Below, piece by piece: positions 16,730 to 21,978 of a stretch of DNA of 21,978 nt. The stretch spans positions 1-21,978 of the forward strand of contig JAYOYH010000043.1 in the NCBI GenBank assembly GCA_038153405.1, given 5' to 3'. Both the position numbers and the translations under genes were made by a program. The notes under the pieces were generated by a model. It searched no databases and was not told the origin of the DNA. It was given only the letters and a program-made list of their open reading frames with translations. Position 1 is the stretch's first letter, and the number at the start of each line of letters is the position of its first letter. Origin of the DNA: Gemmatimonadota bacterium. Lineage in GTDB: Bacteria > Latescibacterota > UBA2968 > UBA8231.

Positions 16730-16864
16730 GAGAAGGCCGGCCTCCCGCTCCTCGGGTAGGTCGGCCCCTTCTCCCCCGCATCGGCCTCCCCCTCCCCGGG
16801 CAGGTCGATGCACCAGCCAAGCGCCGGCCTCCCACTCCTCGGGTAGGTCGGCGCTGCTTTTTTT
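16730..16864 (+). ncRNA. Candidate sRNA of three tandem hairpins with anti-SD (CUCCUC) loops; the last hairpin doubles as terminator
   Basis: 26-nt core CGGCCTCCC-nCTCCyC-GGG-y-AGGTCG at 16738, 16782 and 16825. The outer stems differ but stay complementary. A conserved G-U pair and a T7 tract (16858-16864) indicate the plus strand. Confidence 0.7.
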
Positions 16865-17483
16865 AGTCTTCTGCTGCGCCCTTTGAACCCGTCCAGCGCG
16901 GAAAGAGCGCGTGTTCGATACCCAACAAACTGCAGATGCGCCCGGCGATAAAATCACCCAGATCGTCAAAGGTCTGCGGCCCCTGATAAAAGGCGGGCAT
17001 GGCCGGCAGCACGACAGCCCCCGCCTCCGTTACGGCCGTCATATTGCGCAGGTGAATGAGGTTGAGCGGCGTTTCGCGCACCACCAGGACGAGCCGTCGC
17101 CGCTCCTTGAGGACCACGTCGGCGGCGCGCTCAATTAGATTGTCAGCGTGCCCGTGCGCGATGCCCGACAGCGTCTTGATCGAACAGGGTACAATCACCA
17201 TGCCGTCCGTATCGAACGAACCGCTGGCAATCGCGCTGGACTGATCGGCCACGGCGTATTCGCGCAGCTGGCCGACCATCACTTCTTCGCCATAGAGGCG
17301 CGCGAGAAACGCCCGCAGCGATTCGCTGCCCGGTTGAAAGCCCAACTCTTCGCGCAGCAGGTAGCGACCGTATTTCGACAGCACTAAGTGGACGCTGTGC
17401 CCGCCTATCAACAGCGCGCGCAGCAAGCGGCCCGCATAGATTGCTCCGCTGGCGCCCGTTACAGCGACGACGATTTCTTTCAC
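16863..17483 (-). CDS. ubiX: Flavin prenyltransferase UbiX (MqnM-type context)
   Basis: Start at GTG 17483 (GTGA overlap, GGAGGAGG RBS; 206 aa). VTGASGAIY, IASGS, PCSIKTL, RAADVVLKERR, RETPL, PAFY. Confidence 0.93.
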   Translation of the reverse strand: MKEIVVAVTGASGAIYAGRLLRALLIGGHSVHLVLSKYGRYLLREELGFQPGSESLRAFLARLYGEEVMVGQLREYAVADQSSAIASGSFDTDGMVIVPCSIKTLSGIAHGHADNLIERAADVVLKERRRLVLVVRETPLNLIHLRNMTAVTEAGAVVLPAMPAFYQGPQTFDDLGDFIAGRICSLLGIEHALFPRWTGSKGAAED

Positions 17484-18385
17484 GAGGCCCCCTCCTCCCA
17501 GATCAGAAGCGCACCCCCGTCGCCAAAGGCGAGCAGGTCGATGAGCGTACAAATGAAATACACGACACTGATAATGGCGTTGAGATTGAGAAAGGCCATA
17601 TTGACGCGCGCCAGATCGTCGGGGCTGACCAAGCGGTGTTCCCACACTAGCAGCAGCGCAATGGCCAACACGCCCGCCGCGTAGGCCCACCCCATGCCGA
17701 CATGCCAGCCCAGCGCCACCATAAGCGCAACTGCGACAACGTGCAGCAAGCGCGCCACGCGCAGGGCACCGACCAGGCCAAAACGCGCGGGAATCGAGTG
17801 CAATCCGACGCGCACATCGTGCTCGCGATCTTGACAGGCGTAGATAATATCGAATCCCGCTACCCAGGCCAGCACGGCGGCACACAGCAACACGGGGGGC
17901 AGGGCAAAGGATCCGGTCACGGCGATCCAAGCCCCCAGCGGCGCGCCCCCGAGACTCAGTCCGAGCACTAGGTGCGAAGCCCAGGTAAAGCGCTTGGTGA
18001 GCGAGTAGAAAAACAGTATGCCCAACACGAGCGGCGATAGGTACAAGCACAGCGGGTTGAGCTGCCACGCCGCGGCGACCAGCGCCAAGCTGGACAAGAC
18101 GACAAAGAGACCGACGGCTGACGGGGCAACCTGACCGCTGGGCAGTTCGCGCCCGGCCGTGCGCGGATTGTCGGCATCAATGCGGCGATCTACGAGGCGA
18201 TTAAAGCCCATCGCCGCGCTGCGCGCCCCTACCATGGCGACGACGATCCAGGCAATCTGCCGCGCGCTAATCCCGCTTTGGGCGGCGGCCAGCGCCGCGC
18301 CGCTCAGCGCAAAAGGCAGGGCAAAAATGCTGTGCGAGAACTTGATCATGCGCCCGTAGGTATGGACCGACTGCAGCAAATTCAT
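17480..18385 (-). CDS. mqnP: UbiA-like polyprenyltransferase of the futalosine pathway (MqnP)
   Basis: Start at ATG 18385 (ATGA overlap; 301 aa). IKFSHSIFALPFA, NRLVDRRIDADNPRT, FDIIYACQD Asp-rich motifs; multiple TM helices; mqn gene context. Confidence 0.88.
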   Translation of the reverse strand: MNLLQSVHTYGRMIKFSHSIFALPFALSGAALAAAQSGISARQIAWIVVAMVGARSAAMGFNRLVDRRIDADNPRTAGRELPSGQVAPSAVGLFVVLSSLALVAAAWQLNPLCLYLSPLVLGILFFYSLTKRFTWASHLVLGLSLGGAPLGAWIAVTGSFALPPVLLCAAVLAWVAGFDIIYACQDREHDVRVGLHSIPARFGLVGALRVARLLHVVAVALMVALGWHVGMGWAYAAGVLAIALLLVWEHRLVSPDDLARVNMAFLNLNAIISVVYFICTLIDLLAFGDGGALLIWEEGAS

Positions 18386-19179
18386 AGCGCCATCTGCGGA
18401 AAAAAATCCAGCGACGGCACCGATCCGATCAGTCTGTGCGCATGCGCTTTGGCGTAAAACAGGCGCAGTCCCTCCACTTCGCACTCGCCCATAGCGTAGC
18501 GAATATGCTCGCTGAGGTAGCGCCTGTAGAGCGCCGCATCGCCGCCGTTGGCCGCGGCATGCTGTGCGGCAATCGCATCGACCTGCTCCACTCCCGCGCA
18601 CATGGCCTCCTGCAGCGCGGCGACCTGCTCCCCGTCTAGGGCGCCGCGGTGGCCAACCCAGAAGGCAAAGACAAAGGGCAGCCCGGTGTGAGCAAACCAT
18701 TCCTCTGCCAGATCGAGGCTGGGCACGCCGCAGTCGAGCTGGGCAAAGACGGGATCGCCGATGAGCAAGGCCGCGTCGGCCTCAGCCAGCATGGCCGCCA
18801 GATCGGGCGCAGCCTCCACCCACACCGGCTCAAAGCCGTAGCGCTCGCGCAGTAAAATACGGAGCAGGGCAACCGAAGTGCGCGAACTCGTGTCCAGCGC
18901 TACCCGGCGCACCTGATCCAACGGAGTGCGATGGTAGAGGCGCACAGTGAGCACCGGACCAGTAGCGGCGATGGCCAACCCGGGAACGATCTGATAGGGC
19001 TCGGCGCTGCGCGCATATTCGATGGAGGGAATCAGGCCGACGTCTACGCGCAGGGTCTGCAGATCGGCGGCGCAGCGCGATGGAACGGAATAGGTCAGAT
19101 CAAAGCGCGCGTCGCGTTGCAGCGAATGGACGAGGGGACGGGCGTTGAGAAAGGAAACCACCCCCAGGCGGACGCTCAT
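18382..19179 (-). CDS. mqnA: Chorismate dehydratase MqnA
   Basis: VSFLNARPL, SSRTSVAL, LLIGDP, TGLPFVFAFW; 4-nt overlap with mqnC. Confidence 0.92.
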   Translation of the reverse strand: MSVRLGVVSFLNARPLVHSLQRDARFDLTYSVPSRCAADLQTLRVDVGLIPSIEYARSAEPYQIVPGLAIAATGPVLTVRLYHRTPLDQVRRVALDTSSRTSVALLRILLRERYGFEPVWVEAAPDLAAMLAEADAALLIGDPVFAQLDCGVPSLDLAEEWFAHTGLPFVFAFWVGHRGALDGEQVAALQEAMCAGVEQVDAIAAQHAAANGGDAALYRRYLSEHIRYAMGECEVEGLRLFYAKAHAHRLIGSVPSLDFFPQMAL

Positions 19180-20318
19180 GGCAGTGCGGCCCGGGTCGGC
19201 TCCGAGGCCGTTGCCCCCACGCGGCGATAGCGCGTATCGCGGCGCTGCGGCGCAAAGCCGGCCTCGCCGATCAGGCGCTCCATCACTTCCAGCGTCATCT
19301 GCTCGGCGTGGCTTGTACCGGCCGCGCTAACGACGTTTTCCTCCAGCATGGTGCTGCCGAAATCGTCGACTCCATAGCGCAGGCTAACCTGGGCGATCTT
19401 GGGCCCCTGCGTTACCCACGAGGCCTGAAAGTGATCAAAATTATCGAGGAAGAGGCGCGCAACCGCCACGGTGCGCAAATGGTCGTAGCCGGTGGCTTTC
19501 ACGCCGTTCCAGCGCGCGCTGTCGGCGGCCAGATCGGTGTGGTCGGGCTGAAAGTTCCAGGCGATAAAGGCGGTAAAGCCACCGGTCTCGTCCTGCAGGT
19601 CGCGCAGCAGCTGCAGGTGTTCGAGGCGATGCTCGACCGTTTCTACGTGTCCGTACATCATCGTCGCCGTCGTGCGCATGCCCAAGCCGTGCGCAATGCG
19701 GTGCACGTCGAGCCACTCGCTCGTGCGGTCCTTGCGAAAGCCAATAATATCGCGCACCTCGTCGACCAGTATTTCAGCACCGGCCCCCGGTATGGAGTCC
19801 AGCCCAGCGTCGCGCAGCCGGCGGATCGTCTCCTCGAGCGACAGCTTGGACAGATGGGCGATATAGATGATCTCGGTGGCCGACAGGCAGTGCAGCTGCA
19901 CCTGCGGATAGCGCTGGCGAATGGCCGAGAGCAGTTGCTCGTAATAGTCCAAGCGCAGCTTGGGATTGAGTCCGCCCTGCATGAGAATTTCGCAGGACTT
20001 GGGCTCATCGCCGCCAACGGCAATCAGTTCGTCGATCTTGGCAAAGATCTGCTCGTTGGGCAATACGTAGCCCTCGTCCGAGCCCGGCTTGCGATAAAAG
20101 GCGCAGAAGTCGCACTTGACCCAGCAGACATTGGTGTAGTTGATATTGCGACCGATGTTGTAGGTAACGACCCGTTCGGGATGCCGCTGCGTGCGCACCC
20201 AGTGGGCGAGCATGCCCAACTCGGCCACGTTTGCATGGGCGTAGAGGCGCTGCGCTTCCTGGCGATCGATGCGCTCTCCTGCATAGACCTTTTCGGCGAT
20301 ATCGTCGATCACCCTCAC
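19176..20318 (-). CDS. mqnC: Cyclic dehypoxanthinyl futalosine synthase MqnC (radical SAM)
   Basis: RNINYTNVCWVKCDFCAFY (CxxxCxxC), QASWVTQG, DFGSTMLEENVV. The start may instead be GTG 20312, which has better RBS spacing. Confidence 0.92.
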   Translation of the reverse strand: MRVIDDIAEKVYAGERIDRQEAQRLYAHANVAELGMLAHWVRTQRHPERVVTYNIGRNINYTNVCWVKCDFCAFYRKPGSDEGYVLPNEQIFAKIDELIAVGGDEPKSCEILMQGGLNPKLRLDYYEQLLSAIRQRYPQVQLHCLSATEIIYIAHLSKLSLEETIRRLRDAGLDSIPGAGAEILVDEVRDIIGFRKDRTSEWLDVHRIAHGLGMRTTATMMYGHVETVEHRLEHLQLLRDLQDETGGFTAFIAWNFQPDHTDLAADSARWNGVKATGYDHLRTVAVARLFLDNFDHFQASWVTQGPKIAQVSLRYGVDDFGSTMLEENVVSAAGTSHAEQMTLEVMERLIGEAGFAPQRRDTRYRRVGATASEPTRAALP

Positions 20319-21436
20319 CCTCCCGCAGCCGCTAGGGCCGAGTCATCAACGACGTTGTAGAGCGTATCGCGCTCAACCGGTTTGCGCCCGGCCTCGACAA
20401 TGCGATCGAGAAACGCGCGCTGCGTCAGGCGCTGCTGCGTTTCTTCATAGCTGCGCCGCGTAATCTCGTAGTCCATAACAGTGCCGTCGATATCGTCGGC
20501 TCCGTACCACAGCGCCGTCTGCGAAATCTCGATCGTATTCATGATCCAGAACGTCTTGACGTGCGGAAAATTGTCCAGCATCAGCCGCCCGATGGCGATC
20601 TCTTTTAGGTCGAGACAGCCGGTGGGACCGGGCAGATCGGCCAACTCGGTGCGCTCGGGATGGAAGGACAGCGGAATGTAGGCCAAGAATCCGCCCGTCT
20701 CGTCCTGCACGTCGCGCAGCCGCGTCAGGTGGTAGACTTTTTCCTGCGTATTTTCGATGTGTCCGTAGAGCATCGTCGCATTAGAGGGCAGCCCGCTGCG
20801 ATGAGCCGTCGCGGCGATGTGCAGCCAGTCTTCGGAGTCGGCCTTGGTCCAGAACAGATCGCTCTGCACGCGGTCGCTGAATACTTCGGCGCCGCCGCCG
20901 GGCAGCGACTCGAGACCGGCCGCCTTCATATCGGCAAAGACCTCTTCGAGCGACCGGTTGGCTATGCGCTGAATCTGCGCAATCTCAATCATCGTGAAGG
21001 CCTTTAGGTGCGCCTCGGGACGCGCCGCTTTCATCGCCTTTAGCACGTCGATGTAGTACTGGTACGGCAGTTTGGGGTTGACCCCACCTACCATGTGAAT
21101 TTCGGTAATCGGTATCTCGGCGTATTCGCGCACGCGCTGCGCGACCTGCTCGGGTTCCAGCACGTAGCCGCGCTCGTCTTTGGGCTTGACGTAGAAGGAA
21201 CAGAACTTGCACAGCTTGTTGCAAATATTGGTATAGTTGATGTGCTGGTTGCGCACGTAATAGGTCGTGTCGCCGTTGAGCCGCTCGCGCACGAGGTTGG
21301 CCATATAGCCCAATATAGGCAGGTCGTCGCAGGCGTAGAGTCGCAGCCCATCGTCGCTATTCAAGCGCTGACCGGCGCGCACTTTCTCGCATATATCGGC
21401 GAGTCCGGCGCGTTCTATAATGGCGTCAAAAACCAC
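20315..21436 (-). CDS. mqnE: Aminofutalosine synthase MqnE (radical SAM)
   Basis: HINYTNICNKLCKFCSF, PGGGAEVF, NATMLYGHIE, HVKTFWIM, GADDIDGTV. GTG start with AGGGGG RBS. Confidence 0.92.
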   Translation of the reverse strand: MVFDAIIERAGLADICEKVRAGQRLNSDDGLRLYACDDLPILGYMANLVRERLNGDTTYYVRNQHINYTNICNKLCKFCSFYVKPKDERGYVLEPEQVAQRVREYAEIPITEIHMVGGVNPKLPYQYYIDVLKAMKAARPEAHLKAFTMIEIAQIQRIANRSLEEVFADMKAAGLESLPGGGAEVFSDRVQSDLFWTKADSEDWLHIAATAHRSGLPSNATMLYGHIENTQEKVYHLTRLRDVQDETGGFLAYIPLSFHPERTELADLPGPTGCLDLKEIAIGRLMLDNFPHVKTFWIMNTIEISQTALWYGADDIDGTVMDYEITRRSYEETQQRLTQRAFLDRIVEAGRKPVERDTLYNVVDDSALAAAGG

Positions 21437-21468
21437 GCATTTCCCCCTGTAAAAGGTCGATTGCTAAC

Positions 21469-21497
21469 ATAATACCAACGGTCTCTTCTTTCGTCAA
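21469..21497 (-). promoter_or_regulatory. Internal sigma70-type promoter for mqnE-mqnC-mqnA-mqnP-ubiX
   Basis: Minus strand TTGACG (21497-21492) - 17 nt - TATTAT (21474-21469) with a TGn extended -10. The -35 contains the upstream TGA stop codon. Confidence 0.8.
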
Positions 21498-21978
21498 CTT
21501 ACGGCCTTACGACCGCGATAAATGCTGCAAATCCCCATCGTCAGCGGCGTGGCAGACGACTCGACAAAGCCGGCCTCGTCGAGCAGGCGCACAAACGCAG
21601 CTCCTTGGGGAAAGGCGCCGACCGAGCGCGGTAAATAGGCATAGGCTTGGCGCTGGCCAGAAATCAGACCGCCGACCAGCGGCAGCACGTTGTGAAAGTA
21701 AAATAGGTATAGCTGCTTGAAGAGCGGCACGGCCGGTTCGCAGAAGTCGAGCACGAGAATCTGCCCGCCCGGTCGCAGCACGCGAAAGGCTTCGGCCAGA
21801 CCGCTGGGAATATGGCCAAAGTTGCGCACGCCAAAAGCGCCCATAACGACGTCAAAACTCTCGTCGCGAAACGGCAGGCTCTCGGCATCGCCCCCCAGCA
21901 GCGGGGGGGGGGGGCCCCGCGCGCCCGCCCGGCCCCGGCCCAGACGCCCGCCCGCAAGAACCCCCACCCCCCCCAAAA
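21494..21978 (-). CDS. menG: Demethylmenaquinone methyltransferase MenG/UbiE, 3' part only
   Basis: GDAESLPFRDESFD, AFGVRN, RVLRPGG, YFHNVLPLVGGLISG, AYAYLPRSV. The gene runs off the window and the sequence beyond about 21890 looks unreliable. Confidence 0.88.
   Translation of the reverse strand, partial: LGGVGVLAGGRLGRGRAGARGPPPPLLGGDAESLPFRDESFDVVMGAFGVRNFGHIPSGLAEAFRVLRPGGQILVLDFCEPAVPLFKQLYLFYFHNVLPLVGGLISGQRQAYAYLPRSVGAFPQGAAFVRLLDEAGFVESSATPLTMGICSIYRGRKAVS

Noticed and set aside
16730..16864. Mini CRISPR array
   Set aside because: The gaps between cores are only 17-18 nt and extend the stems rather than being unique spacers. The cores vary internally and no cas genes are present.
16730..16864. 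CsrB/RsmZ-like sponge on the minus strand (GGA loops), or a GTAG-family REP cluster
   Set aside because: On the minus strand the G-U pairs become A-C mismatches and there is no U-tract. GTAG occurs in only two of three copies and inside the stem rather than at its foot. Disfavoured, not fully excluded.
17484..18700. Long N-terminal extensions of ubiX (401 aa) and mqnP (406 aa)
   Set aside because: They overlap upstream genes out of frame. Family motifs begin at the coupled starts 17483 and 18385.
19308..20360. 350-aa plus-strand ORF and many other antisense or out-of-frame ORFs
   Set aside because: These are shadow ORFs of well-supported genes in GC-rich DNA, with no motifs of their own.
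21890..21978. G/C homopolymer-rich stretch as a G-quadruplex or phase-variable tract
   Set aside because: It lies at the sequence end and replaces expected methyltransferase sequence with Gly/Arg/Pro-rich residues. Most likely low-quality contig-end sequence.

Overview
Bacterial chromosomal window. The left ~4.25 kb is visibly AT-richer and carries a surface-polysaccharide block on the minus strand: WbpP-like epimerase, WbpA-like nucleotide-sugar dehydrogenase, transaldolase and a GmhA-like SIS isomerase. The GC-rich backbone encodes a TolC-family protein, a DksA/TraR protein with three CxxC motifs, a UVR-motif protein behind a perfect TTGACA-N17-TATAAT promoter, a HEAT-repeat lipoprotein, an Mrp-LOG-Gfo/Idh/MocA operon with a 16-bp palindrome over its -10, an M23 peptidase, an LpxH-like metallophosphoesterase, an AT-richer SDR islet with HxxxH in place of YxxxK, an RsmF-like methyltransferase and a futalosine-pathway menaquinone cluster (menG/ubiE partial, mqnE, mqnC, mqnA, mqnP, ubiX). 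The most interesting region is the rsmF-ubiX intergenic segment (16088-16864). It holds a structured CU-rich leader, a 57-aa hydrophobic small ORF, and three tandem covarying hairpins with anti-Shine-Dalgarno (CUCCUC) loops ending in a U-tract. This is a candidate small-protein plus cuckoo-like sRNA (or type I toxin-antitoxin-like) system. All family calls rest on motif recognition by eye; no searches were run.
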